A stretch of 63,289 nt of DNA, the filler included, from Reticulomyxa filosa (taxonomy: Eukaryota > Protista > Foraminifera): assembly GCA_000512085.1 (NCBI GenBank). It is 24 parts of 24 records of this genome, joined end to end, with 100 filler letters (N's around TTAATTAATTAA, not from the genome) between each part and the next. Parts side by side here need not be neighbours in the genome. Positions count along the whole stretch, not along the records: positions 6,183 to 11,699 come from ASPP01007138.1; positions 11,800 to 12,799 come from ASPP01042164.1; positions 12,900 to 14,902 come from ASPP01006459.1; positions 15,003 to 17,218 come from ASPP01011485.1; positions 17,319 to 19,776 come from ASPP01009448.1; positions 19,877 to 21,216 come from ASPP01005408.1; positions 21,317 to 24,072 come from ASPP01001931.1; positions 24,173 to 25,579 come from ASPP01021346.1; 16 more parts are not named here. One strand, given 5' to 3'. Every line of letters begins with the position of its first letter. The first letter of the stretch is position 1. A program made the position numbers and the translations under genes. Below, in pieces: positions 11,629-24,231 of the stretch. A model generated the notes under the pieces. That model ran no database searches and was not told the DNA's origin. It worked only from the letters and a program-made list of their open reading frames with translations.

Positions 11629-12899
11629 GTAATTCAACAACATTTTTTCTTTTTTTTTTGACCTAAAAAAAACCGGAACGTTCTTGTATTGTGCTTTGAN
11701 NNNNNNNNNNNNNNNNNNNNNNNNNNNNNNNNNNNNNNNNNNNTTAATTAATTAANNNNNNNNNNNNNNNNNNNNNNNNNNNNNNNNNNNNNNNNNNNNA
11801 CACCTTTTTTTTTCCAAAAAATGGAAAAAAAAACATTAAAGTTTAAGAGTAAACTTAGAATTAGATTCTAAGCTACCCATTAGGGTCAATGTGTGGTTTT
11901 CTGAGTGAAATTGTACATTATTATATATATGCATTCATCAAATGGATATTATTACTGCTACAATCAACATGTTTGTAAATCTTTTGAACTTTATTTGCAC
12001 AACTTTTTTTGATATAATCATTTGTTAACATGTCTTAGAACTATTTTTGCAAAAGAAAAAAAACTTTTAAGTTCAAACATTGACAAAGTTATTTCTTTTA
12101 AGGACTGTAAAATAAATTGGTATTTATATTGAAACTGCTGGTTAGTATGTGAAATGCATTTAGGTAATCCTAATTTGCTCAAATTCCACACGAGTAACGG
12201 CAGTACTTTAAACCTGCAATATTTTTGTTTATCATTTGTTATAAAAAAAATGAAAAAATATCTTTGGCTTTATCATATTTACATTACTGTTAATACAAAG
12301 AAACGATTGAAAAGTTCCACATTGTTTTCACACGACACAGAACGAAGATATGAAAAAAAAAATTATTTGATATTTCTTGATGTTCCAGAAAATTAAAAAA
12401 TCAGTAAACACATCGTAAGGCTCCTTGCTTCCAAACAGCGCATAAACTCGATCAAAAAATTTGGTGAATTGTGGCGAGTCTTCACCGTAGTCATATAATG
12501 TACAAACTTTTTTCATCATATTTTTGTTTACATTACTGATATTTCCAATGCACCAAAATATGAGTGCTTTTGTCTCATTAATTCATATGCTTGCATATAA
12601 TCCTTGTACACTTTTTTATTTTATTTTTGTTATTTCTTTGTTTTTTTTAATCAAAAAAATAAATAAGCAATTTTTATCACAATCGGGACATTTCTGACCA
12701 ACTTCACCAGAGATTATTCAAAAGACAAAAGTAAACATACAAATATTTGTTGTTATAATTACAATCCACTCCCTTTGGCTTTTTTTAATCGTTTTTTGGN
12801 NNNNNNNNNNNNNNNNNNNNNNNNNNNNNNNNNNNNNNNNNNNTTAATTAATTAANNNNNNNNNNNNNNNNNNNNNNNNNNNNNNNNNNNNNNNNNNNN

Positions 12900-12939
<40 letters not shown>

Positions 12940-13715
12940 ATGTAACAGTATTAGCCAATCCTTCGAAATTCTCTGGAATCGCGTATATAGAAATGTTGTT
13001 GTCTAAACCACCAGATGCCACGTAAGTCTCATTTGGTGAATAAGCACAGGCCATAACCCATACGGAGAGCAACGGAATGGCTACTTTTTTATTCTCGCGA
13101 TGTGCGTCCCACACAATTAATTTGCCATCTTGTGACGCGCTAACTAAACATAATTCATCACGGTCACTCCAATCCAATGCGTACACTTTCCCATAGTGCC
13201 CTGTTAGTTTGCGACGGATACGGAAGTTTGTTTGTGTTGGCGTGGTCTTCCTGTCTGGCTGCATCAAACAAACCACATCTTTGCCACATTTTGAATGTTT
13301 TGCAGATATATATATATATATATATATGTACATATAATATACATTTGACATACAGGAGTATACGCCCACGTAAAAACAAAAAAAAAAACAACACATTTTC
13401 ATATTAATCTTATTCTTTGTCACAATTTTTTAAAATTTTCTTCAACTTTGCAACAGACTCAAATCCAATTGCCCAAATTGCAAAAAAATAAATAAATAAA
13501 ATAAAATACAATTTTTTGTTGTCTTCAGTTCATTCAACTTTGAACGCTGATTCGTTATGGTGTGAACGCAAGCCTGCAATTTCCGTTTGTAGGTTTTTTA
13601 CAAGCGTTCGACATTGCGCCAATTCTTCTTCTAGAATGCGCCGATCTGTCATCCTTTGCTGTGAAGGAGCAACCTTGGCCTCTTCTGTCTGGTTATCATG
13701 AGATTCTATATTCAT
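12900..13715 (-). CDS. GNB: Heterotrimeric G-protein beta subunit, 5' part
   Basis: Coiled-coil exon ([20 protein letters not shown]), then [16 protein letters not shown]...[14 protein letters not shown]...WVMACAYSP...[13 protein letters not shown]. Confidence 0.88.
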
Positions 13716-14183
13716 TTTGGATATGGATTGTCAATGGAGTGCAGAATTTCCCCCTTTTTGTCTTTGATTCGTTCATCTACACAGGAAAACAATAAACGAA
13801 CAAACAGTGTGGATAACCAAGTTTAAAAGCTATCTTTGACGAAATAACAATATTTACACACAGATATGTCCTTCTTGCAAATATTGAAAAAAGTATTAGA
13901 GTTGATCAGAGCTGCAGAATGACGGATTGAATTGTAAGAAGCTTGTTATTGTTGTTAATGATGAGTACACTATTTTTATGTGTTCTTAACTTACGAAGAG
14001 TATAAAGAACAACCCAACGAAAACAATTTTCAAAACCACATTTCACACATAACAAAAATGACAAAGCATGCAATATGAGAACAAATACTGAGAGGAAAAA
14101 AAAAAAACAAAACACAAAAATAAAAAAAAATACTGTTTTAATGATGAAAATGTTGACCTAGCTAAACTTTTGGATAGAATAAG

Positions 14184-14873
14184 TTATTGACTTTGACGGT
14201 ACGAAACAGAGATATCACTGCTATCCTCAGTCTTGTCTTGGCGTTCTTTCTTATGTGTCAAGTGAATGGCATCAGGAGAATCCCAATACGTGTCAGGAAA
14301 ATTGCAGTAAACTTTGTCGTACGAAGTTTGGAGCGCGATATCGGTATGAGAAGTAGTATTTTCTCTCCACGCACGTATTTGCAAGCAGCATTGACGCATG
14401 GCTTGAAAAATCTGATAAAAGGTACCAAAGCAAACGTACTTCATCCAAACTTTTTGCGTCCGATTGCACTTGCACCACTTAGCACGGAACAACGAGCCAT
14501 TCTTTGATTGCGCATAAGAGTGATCTCTGGGATGTGTGATTGACATGTGAACTTTGCTCCAGTTGTATGCAATAACGCCAAGCACGCACAAGACGTATCC
14601 GACCAAAGAGTTGGTGGTTAGCTTGTGGTTGAACACAGCCCATGAGCAAACAATCATCAACAATAGCTTAACACCGGTAATAATGTATAAAGGCAATGCG
14701 TTCCACTCCCCAACCAATCGCATTTCGCACCAATTCAAAGCCAGTCCGATCATGGCACTTATCCAGTATCCCCCTAATAAATGTCCCACTTTCCATTTGT
14801 TGTTCCATACATCAGACTTGGTTACATCCTGGTATTCCAACATCTTTGTAAACAAGCAAACAACATAAAACAA
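14184..14873 (-). CDS. SLC35/triose-phosphate-translocator-like transporter, C-terminal part
   Basis: Transmembrane helices ...ITGVKLLLMIVCSWAVFNHKLTTNSLVGYVLCVLGVIAYNWSK, typical of the TPT/nucleotide-sugar transporter C-terminus. Confidence 0.7.
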   Translation of the reverse strand: MFYVVCLFTKMLEYQDVTKSDVWNNKWKVGHLLGGYWISAMIGLALNWCEMRLVGEWNALPLYIITGVKLLLMIVCSWAVFNHKLTTNSLVGYVLCVLGVIAYNWSKVHMSITHPRDHSYAQSKNGSLFRAKWCKCNRTQKVWMKYVCFGTFYQIFQAMRQCCLQIRAWRENTTSHTDIALQTSYDKVYCNFPDTYWDSPDAIHLTHKKERQDKTEDSSDISVSYRQSQ

Positions 14874-15047
14874 TGTAATAATTTGAAAATTGATAATTGA
14901 TANNNNNNNNNNNNNNNNNNNNNNNNNNNNNNNNNNNNNNNNNNNNTTAATTAATTAANNNNNNNNNNNNNNNNNNNNNNNNNNNNNNNNNNNNNNNNNN
15001 NNAAAAAAAAAAAAAAAAAGTTTGTAAGTTTTGGTGCAATAGCAAAC

Positions 15048-15698
15048 TCACCCAGAAGCAATAAAGCGTTTCAATTCATGGAAAATGGCAAAACAGTGCT
15101 TGCGATAAAAACACGAGATTAAACCTTCTCTGATCCCACCAGGTATTTGTTCAAACAAAGTCATATCTTTTTCATTACATCCTTCTGGAACGGATAATTG
15201 CCTTACTTTTATTCTCTCGTGCAATGGGTACCATTCATTTAACTTTTTCATTTCTTCTGTGTTCAAATATTTTACACGATTATTCCAATTATTATTATTA
15301 TTATTATTATTATTATTGCTATTGCTATTGTTTATGTTAATGTTGCCATTGTTCATATGAGTCGGGATATTGTTCATTCCATTTCCCAAAGCAGTTGTGT
15401 TTGCATTCGTCCCTGCGTTTCGCATCGACTTCACATTGGATGTATTCTTATGCACATTGTCACTATTTACTCTGTTCCCACTCGTTACAGCTGCAAAAGA
15501 CTGTCCGACAACATGCGAATGTACACCAGAATTTGTTATGTTTGAAAAACTTGCCAACGGGAAATGGGCACTTGGATTCGATCCTGTTCCATCATTTGAG
15601 GACTGTCCGCCACTTGTTGTCCCACTTGGGATCATTACAACACCTTCAACATTTATGTGGACGTGAGACAAGTCACTTTTTACACATGCAACTTTCAT
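15048..15698 (-). CDS. Hypothetical Asn-rich protein (exon)
   Basis: 216-aa ORF with an S/N-rich region, a poly-N tract and a globular-looking end. No family recognised. Confidence 0.5.
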   Translation of the reverse strand: MKVACVKSDLSHVHINVEGVVMIPSGTTSGGQSSNDGTGSNPSAHFPLASFSNITNSGVHSHVVGQSFAAVTSGNRVNSDNVHKNTSNVKSMRNAGTNANTTALGNGMNNIPTHMNNGNININNSNSNNNNNNNNNNWNNRVKYLNTEEMKKLNEWYPLHERIKVRQLSVPEGCNEKDMTLFEQIPGGIREGLISCFYRKHCFAIFHELKRFIASG

Positions 15699-16743
15699 TT
15701 CCCTTCAACAACAACAAAAAAAAAACAATACAAACTTCAGTCTCTTTGGTTGGCTTTTTTTTTTTTTTTGGGACTTTGGTCCTCAAAAAAAAAAAAAATT
15801 CGAAACAAGCTGGTCAGCTACAGAATTTAAAGAAGAAATAGGTTTGAATAGAGCGATTAATTAGATCAAAACTTACAAAAAAAAAAATGGGGTATTTAGA
15901 TTATTTCTTTTTCTGAAAAAAAGGAAGTTTTGACCGTTTCAAACCACTGCACACAAAAGTGTTGTTTACAAATCTTCTTGAGAAAATAATGATTTTTTGA
16001 AGCACAATTCAAAAAAAACGAAAAAAGACCGTGCTTTACGTTTTCATGAATTCATCCTTAAAGCAAAAAGACGAAAGTGGCCTTTTGTCAAATTAGTTGG
16101 TCTCCATTCAAAATGTGCTGTACGTGGTATTAACTTTAAAAAAGTCTTTATTTTCCATTTTTTTTTTTTAAATATTGAAGATTATCGATATTTTGTCGTT
16201 CTTCTGGTATACAAAAGATGGTTCGACTCTTGGGAACTGATCAATTACACGCATTTGAATTTGGTGAAAATATGTTTTTTCAAGGAAAGTGCGCCTGTGG
16301 AAAAGAGCACAAAGCAAGTGAGGCCCACGGTCCAAGGAGACAAGTGAAGTGATATTCGAGCTTTTTTTTCTTACGCAATAACATTTGCGCAAAAATTGGA
16401 GTTGTACTAGTTTTAGTTTTTTGATGTAAAGTGTAGCAATGCCTAGTCAGCAAAAACGAACATACATAAGCATTACAATAAACAAAAATTAGAAAAAAAA
16501 AGAAGAGAGGCGTAACAAGGTGATTGAACAACAGAAAAGACAAGAGGACGAGAATAAGGATGATGAAGTTGGACATGTGAACCAATCAAAAAAGTCAAAA
16601 AAGCAAAAGCGGTCAAAAGACAGCGGGATGGAGAGAAGTGAAGAAAAACCGAAAAAAGAGAAGAAAAGAGCGAAAAGAAAGAGCGAACACAAAAACAACA
16701 GAAGAGGAGGAGGAGGAGGAGGACGAGTAAGCAAGCAGCCATT

Positions 16744-17070
16744 GTGGAGGAGCCTTGGAGAAAGACATATCCAGCAGAGATGGACAAAGAGGAAAAGGAG
16801 TGTTGGGGTAAAGAGTCAAGAAAAGCTAAAATGCGTAATAAGAACGATTCGTGGGGAGATAGGCATCAAGATAAAGCACAACAATTGAAGGTGATGAATG
16901 TGTATGATCGTGATCAACATGATACAAAGGCATGGACATTTTTCACTGTTACCATGCTCAGCGAGACACTGCGACTGCTTCGACCTGTCATTAGCGGCTA
17001 TTACACGCAAAGCGTTAATTCCTTTGTTGGTGACACGTTTAACCAAGAAGGGCACAATGACTACAAATGT
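16744..17070 (+). CDS. Hypothetical protein exon
   Basis: GC-richer coding-like stretch ending before an AT-microsatellite intron. No family recognised. Confidence 0.35.
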
Positions 17071-17180
17071 TTGTTTTACATAGGTCTACATACCTTATGA
17101 CGTATATAATATACATATTATGTGTATATGCATACATAATATTACGTCATAAGGTATGTGGAGGGGACCTAATTATATTT

Positions 17181-17218
<38 letters not shown>

Positions 17219-17318
17219 NNNNNNNNNNNNNNNNNNNNNNNNNNNNNNNNNNNNNNNNNNNNTTAATTAATTAANNNNNNNNNNNNNNNNNNNNNNNNNN
17301 NNNNNNNNNNNNNNNNNN

Positions 17319-17359
<41 letters not shown>

Positions 17360-18757
17360 TAACCATCCTTGCGCAGGGTCAAAAAATGCCTGCAAGAACT
17401 TTAAAATGAGACTGCCTTGACTTCCTCGAAAATCATTGAACGTATATTTAAGCAGGTTGCGTAAGGAGCCGGGCATTCTCGTGCAAACAAAAATGAGTGG
17501 GATAATGAGCAGACGGTTCAATAGCGATTGCAAGCGATCGTCTTCAAAGGTAGACGTCGTAGCCCTTACGCGAACAGGATTCCATAACGCATTTTCGGCA
17601 CGGGTATTGGGTGCATTGCGAAGAGGTGAGCGAGTTATTTGAGGGCTCTGTCTTCCGTCCAGATTGGAGGAAGGAACATTTTTTGTTTGTTTTGGACTGT
17701 CGGCACGAGTAGGCCCGGACTGATTCAACCCTGAAAGATATTGATTGGGTTGTTTGGTATTGATCGACGCGGAATGCTCGGAATGTTCACGGTGGAATTG
17801 TGAATGAGATGGGTCCTCTTCGTTGGTCTGCGAAGGTATCTCACGGAGAGGGCCCGAATCTTCCAACACATAAAATTGACTTTCCATATTCGGTTTCATC
17901 GATGCATTTTTCTGCGAATGGTTCAAATTCCACAATCGACAAAATGTACTCACGTAAATGCATATTAAAAACACATATGAAAACCATTCCACAGCTTTCC
18001 CGCCTAATAACTGATATGCAAATGTTGAGTCCTGTGGACCCTATCATTATTTGTTATTGTATCATAGTGTGAAAGAACATATATACGTATATTTTTAATA
18101 CGTCGATTGTCCAAAAGATATGTATAAATATATATATGTATACATATATATACAAATACAAATATATATATGTTTATATGTGTATGGAATTTAAAATAAA
18201 CTGCTATCCAACACCAACCACCTCCTCCTCCAGAATGATTGAATATAATATTTTGTAAAACAGACTCTTTCAATACAGCAATGGCTATGATGATGAGTAA
18301 TGGTATCATCCAACATATTATTTGGAATATAAAAAACAGTCTTTTGCGATTGCTCATCCATCTCCCTTGTGTTGCCGTTCCATACACGTACAGACCAATG
18401 CAGTCTGTCCATAAAAAGGATGCCACTGGGAAATATATTGTCAACAAACTAAACATTTCTTCTTTCCATGGTTTGCACCTACACTTTTGGCATACCCATA
18501 TATTCGTTAGGTATCCTATTGCTGTGCAAAGGTCCGCTATTGACAGATACTTTTTCAATCATCCATATCAAACACACATTCTAGGTATCACTTTTGGTAA
18601 CTGTTTTCTCCCTTTCTTATTTTTCTCAATTATTTACCACCAAAAGTAGACGTGCTGGTTTTTTAAGTTTTGGGTAAGCAAAAAATGTTCCAATTATTGA
18701 AAAGCAACCCAAAATAGAACCAATGCAGCTTATTGTCGCCAAAATCTCCTTCCACAT
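17319..18757 (-). CDS. cAMP-receptor/GCR1/GPR157-like 7TM GPCR (multi-exon, 3' truncated)
   Basis: MWKEILATISCIGSILGCFSIIGTFFAYPKLKKPARLLLV|YLSIADL...FPVASFLWTDCIGLY...ICWMIPL...GWCWI...RLLIIPLIFVCTRMPGSLR...LQAFFDPAQG. Confidence 0.85.
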
Positions 18758-19076
18758 TCTAATACGAGATGATGAGTGCAGACCCAAGTCTCAAAGTTTT
18801 TTTCTGTTTTGTGCAGAAAATTCGTTCCGACTAAGAGAACCCAGTGAAAAGTTGAGATTTTCCAAATTTCTTTTAAACAGATAAGAAATCAAATATAGTG
18901 AAGAATTCGTTTTTTTTTGTTTTAAAAAAAGTGTTACTAAAATTTTAAAACGGTGAGCAATAGAAAAAAAAAAGTAACTGATTGAAACTATGGATACTCT
19001 TTTTTTTTTAAAGTACAGAAACACATGGAAATATTTTGCAAATTGTCTTTCGATCTAGCCGATAAATGGTAAAAGT

Positions 19077-19655
19077 TCATGAAGTGGAAGAGGATTCTGT
19101 AATTTGCTGAAGCATTTCATCCGTATAAACGGATTTATGGATTCGGAAGAAGTTGAGCTGTTGTTGGTACCACCGAGATAGTTGCATTAAATTTTGTTGA
19201 AGATTGGGGTCGTGTTGATTGCGTTGCAGGTGTTTTAAAAAGATGGAGACATATATGTTTAGTTCAACATAAGACAATTGGACATAGCGTTTGACAACTA
19301 AAGTATCAAAAAAAGACTTGAGTCGATCGATATGAACAGTATGAGGAAGAGAGGAGTCGACTTTGAAGTTGTCACACAAGCGAAACAAAACACCTCCAAT
19401 TACATTATTCCATTGAATTTCGAGCGCGTTATTTTCCATCACATTGTCTAAGACAAATGTGATAAAGCCCCAATAGTCCAAGTCGGTGCATTGTTGCAAT
19501 ATTCGGTCCATTTCACGTTGTGTGGAGATATTTAACAGACACTTTAACATAGTGGAGCAAACCACCACATTTATATTCATATCGACTTTGGTATTGTCAT
19601 TACCTTTTAATTTCTCAAAGATTTTGTCTAATTTTAAGTCTGTTAAGTCTTTCAA
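19077..19655 (-). CDS. Helical-repeat (PPR-like) protein, C-terminal part
   Basis: NINVVVCSTMLKCLL resembles a PPR motif. It is preceded by an (AAT)n poly-Asn tract. Confidence 0.4.
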   Translation of the reverse strand: MKDLTDLKLDKIFEKLKGNDNTKVDMNINVVVCSTMLKCLLNISTQREMDRILQQCTDLDYWGFITFVLDNVMENNALEIQWNNVIGGVLFRLCDNFKVDSSLPHTVHIDRLKSFFDTLVVKRYVQLSYVELNIYVSIFLKHLQRNQHDPNLQQNLMQLSRWYQQQLNFFRIHKSVYTDEMLQQITESSSTS

Positions 19656-19665
19656 TTCATAATTG

Positions 19666-19732
<67 letters not shown>

Positions 19733-19760
19733 CGTTATCATTATTATTAGTAGTAGTAGT
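19666..19760. repeat. (ATT)n microsatellite (poly-Asn on the minus strand)
   Basis: Directly visible trinucleotide run. Confidence 0.9.
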
Positions 19761-19943
19761 GAGATGACTTGCATTGNNNNNNNNNNNNNNNNNNNNNNNN
19801 NNNNNNNNNNNNNNNNNNNNTTAATTAATTAANNNNNNNNNNNNNNNNNNNNNNNNNNNNNNNNNNNNNNNNNNNNTAAAAATTTTCTGCAATGACAGTA
19901 AAAAGAGAAAAAATTAAAAGCCAATCTTCCTTTTTTTTTTTTT

Positions 19944-21216
19944 TTACCCCCACAAATGAATTAGGCCTGGATTGGAGCCATAACATAACGTAGGGCTAGT
20001 CAGATCAACTTTATTTCTTAATGAAAGAGATTGAAGACAATATATTCCTTTATCTTCATCAATTCCTTTGATTTCATAAAATTGTGAATTGTTCCGAATA
20101 TCCCAAAAACGAATTGTATTATCACTTGATGCAGAACACATTAAATTTGCATCACCGACTTGAATTCCATCGCTACTGTTTACTGTGAATTGCAAATATT
20201 CGGCAGCGTACACAACATTAGTATGTCCTTTGAACACTTGAATTTGTTGACAAGATCGAATATCCCACAAACGAACTGTTTTATCCCACGATCCAGACAA
20301 TATTGTATTTGCACCACCACTAATTCTGGACTCAAATGATCCATATTTTACACTGCTCACTGTATCTTCATGTCCTTTGAAAATAATTAACTCTTTCATA
20401 GTTTCGATATCCCATATACGAATTGTATTATCATTTGATCCGGAACAAAGAGTATACCCACTACCAGTCATACCAGCATTGCCATTGTTACCATCGTTAT
20501 TAACTTGCGACGGTGAAAATGCCACACACCGAACGCTCATTGCATGTCCCTTTAGAATACATAACACCTCTGATGTTTCAATATCCCATAAACGAATCGT
20601 CTTATCCCACGATCCAGAGCACAAACATTGACTGCCATTAAATGGTGAAAATTGAATGCAACGAACACCAGCACTATGTCCTTTGAGAATTTGGATTTGC
20701 TTGTCTGCTTCAATATCCCAAAAAGAGATGGCTCTATCATCTGAAGCGGAGCAAATAACTATATGATGATTCATATTGTAATGATATGGTGAAAATTGCA
20801 CGCAACCCACATAACCTGAATGTTTGAATATTTTTAGCTGCTCGGCTGTATCCACATCCCACAATCTAACTGTACAATCTTCTGATCCAGAACAAAGGAA
20901 TCGACCACCATCAAATGATGAACGATCAATACTATACACACATTTGCTATGTCCACTGAATGTCTTGCGCAATTTGCAAGAACGTAACAATTCAAGATTG
21001 GATTCGGATAATTGATTACAATTTGGTGTCAATGAATTACCATTGGTATTGCATTCTTTCCATTCATCTTTGTTTTGTTTTAAAAGTTGACCAATTTGTT
21101 CATCTTTGTCTTTCAACAGTTTTTGCAATTTTGTTTGCTGTTCCACCATTTCTTTTCTTTTCTTGCATTGCTTCTTTCATTTGCTTAATTTCATTATCTT
21201 TTGATTCAATGTCTTT
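19944..21216 (-). CDS. Coiled-coil plus WD40-repeat protein, 5' truncated
   Basis: 401-aa ORF with an N-terminal coiled coil and about 7 WD repeats ending LIHLWG. Confidence 0.92.
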
Positions 21217-21316
21217 NNNNNNNNNNNNNNNNNNNNNNNNNNNNNNNNNNNNNNNNNNNNTTAATTAATTAANNNNNNNNNNNNNNNNNNNNNNNNNNNN
21301 NNNNNNNNNNNNNNNN

Positions 21317-22165
21317 TGTATATCCATTTCCACCAATCACACCAATATTATTACTTTTATTATTATCATTGTTATTATTGCTTTGTAATGGTGAAATACC
21401 AACACACAAAACACCACCTTCATGTCCATTGAAAACATATAATGATTTTGATGTTTCAACATCCCATAAACGAATAGTTCTGTCAAATGATCCAGAGCAT
21501 AAATATCTACCACTATTAAATGATGAGAATTCAATACTATAAACACTACCAGTATGTTCATTGAATATTTTCAATTGTTGATTATCTTTGATATCCCAAA
21601 AACGAATGGTTTTGTCTTCTGACGAAGAACAAACTACATTTTGACGATAATTATGATAATGATATGATGAAAATTTTACACAATTTGTACTATTTGAATG
21701 TCCTTTGAGTAATTGAATTTGTTTACTATTTTCAATATCCCATACACGAATAGTTTTATCATTTGATCCAGAACAAAGAAATTGACAATTATTAAATGCT
21801 GCATAGTCAATACTTTTCACCCAATTTTTATGACCATAAAATATTGTGAGTAATTTTGATGATGAACGAAACGTTTCAAACATAAAAACACTTGCCTATG
21901 TTAAATAGTGAATATGAATAATAACAACATATAAATAAACACAAAAATAAATGAAACATAACATAATTGACAACAAGTTTGTCAAAGTTATGAATCCATC
22001 CTAATTTAATCTTTAATACTCGGATCCAATATTGAATAATTGTTTGTATACCTTCTTCTGTCTAATTCAAATCATAAACAAAATAAAAGCAATCTTCTGA
22101 AAACTTGAAATGAAGTTTACCAATGCTAGTTGAATTGAAGTTTCTTTTTTGTTGATAAAGCTCAT
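21317..22165 (-). CDS. WD40-repeat protein with N-terminal helical module, 3' truncated
   Basis: Exons MSFINKKETSIQLAL|...IQTIIQYWIRVLKIKLGWIHNFDKLVVNY|ASVFMFETFRSSSKLL...WD repeats. Confidence 0.9.
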
Positions 22166-22376
22166 TCTTTTAACTTTTTTTTTTTCTTTTGGGATTGTTT
22201 TCAAGGATATAAGATGAAAAAATGTTCAAACTTTTTTAGATCAAAATTAATGAAGGGACGACCAAAAATACTTTAACGTTATAAAAAATAGAATTTAGAA
22301 ACGTTTGTAAAGAAGTATTTTAATACAATAAATATCATTTTTTAAAATTGTTTTTAAAATCGATCAGTCAATAACA

Positions 22377-23723
22377 TTATCCCCAAATATGAATAAGACC
22401 ATTCAATGAACCATAACAAAGATTATATTTTCTATTTATTTTTAAATATAGAAATTTAAAACATGTTATTCCATTATCTTCGTCACCTCCTTTGATAGAA
22501 TATAATTGATCCTTATTTGATCGAATATCCCAAAATCGAATTGTATTATCTCTTGATCCAGAACATATCACATTTGAATTACCACCAATTTTAATATTAT
22601 TTACTACAAATGGTGAATATTCAACAGACAATACATAACTTGTATGTCCATTAAATACTTGAATTTGTTGACCAGATCTAATATCCCACAAACGAACACT
22701 ATGATCACTCGATCCAGATAATATTGTATTTCCTAGTTCATTTGGTCCATATTTTACACTCCTAATCCAATATTTGTGTCCTTTGAATAAAATGAGTTGT
22801 TTGGTTGTTTCAATATCCCATATACGGATTGTATTATCAAATGATCCAGAACAAATTGTATATCCATTACCACCAATTACACCAATATTATTACTTTTAT
22901 TATCATTATTGTTGTTATTGCTTTGCAATGGTGAAATATCAATACACCAAACAGTTTTTTCATGTCCATTAAAAACATGTAATGATTTAGATGTTTCAAT
23001 ATCCCATAAACGAATTGTTTTGTCACGTGATCCAGAACACAAATATCGGCCACCATTAAATGGTGATAATTCAATACCACAAATACAGCTTGTGTGTTCA
23101 TTGAATAATTGTAATTGCTTATAATTATCGCAATCCCAAAAACGGATTGTTTTATCAGCTGATGAAGAACAAATAACATTACTACGATAATTATGATAAT
23201 GATATGGTGAAAATTTTACACAACCTACAGCACATGAATGTCCATTAAATGATTGAATTTGTTTTTTGTTGTCAATATCCCAAACACAAACTGTTTTATC
23301 CTTTGATCCAGAACAAATGAATTGACTATCACTAAATGTTGAATAATCGATATTATACACACAGTCACTATGTCCATTAAATGTATTAAGTAATCTTGAA
23401 GATGAATGAAATGTATCAAGCAGGAAGAAAGTGCTAAACTGTGTTAATTATAATAACAATAAATAAATATTTAAAAGTGTTATTTGAATAAACAAACAAA
23501 TAAAAAAAACATAACATAATCGACAACAAGTTTGTCAAAATCATTGATCCATCCAAATTGAATATGTAATATTCGAATCCAATGCTGAATAATAACTTGG
23601 ATATCTTTTTCTAGCTGATAATAATCATAAACAACACACAACAAGTAACTTTCTTAAAGATTAAAATAAATTTACCAATAATGGCATCATTGAAGTTTCT
23701 TTTTCAGTGCTGAGAGTATTCAT
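22377..23723 (-). CDS. WD40-repeat protein with N-terminal helical module (tandem paralogue)
   Basis: MNTLSTEKETSMMPLL|...IQVIIQHWIRILHIQFGWINDFDKLVVDY|...about 7 WD repeats ending LIHIWG*. The intron positions match the neighbouring gene. Confidence 0.92.
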
Positions 23724-24231
23724 TGTTTCAACTTCTTTTATTTTTTTCTTGGGATTGTCAGATGATGTAAGATGATTTTTTTTTTTATCAAGATCAATGA
23801 AGGAGGGGCGACAAAAGATCAATAAATACAACTTTAAAAATGTCCAAAAAAGTGTGAAATGAAAATAATTATTTATTTTGTAAATGATGAACAATGGTTA
23901 CATTTTATTCTTTACATTTGGATTTTCAGTTACTGTGAGTTTTAAAATGTTATTTTGTTAATTATTTTTTTACATTTTGACAGATTTTCTTTGATATTAA
24001 AATATATGCTAATTATTTCATTTAATTCACTCAAACAAATTTTTTTATTTATGAAAAAATAAAACTATCCACNNNNNNNNNNNNNNNNNNNNNNNNNNNN
24101 NNNNNNNNNNNNNNNNTTAATTAATTAANNNNNNNNNNNNNNNNNNNNNNNNNNNNNNNNNNNNNNNNNNNNTGGAAACATAGGTTGCGCAGCTCACCAC
24201 TTTCAATCAATTATGAACCTCCACATTTTTT

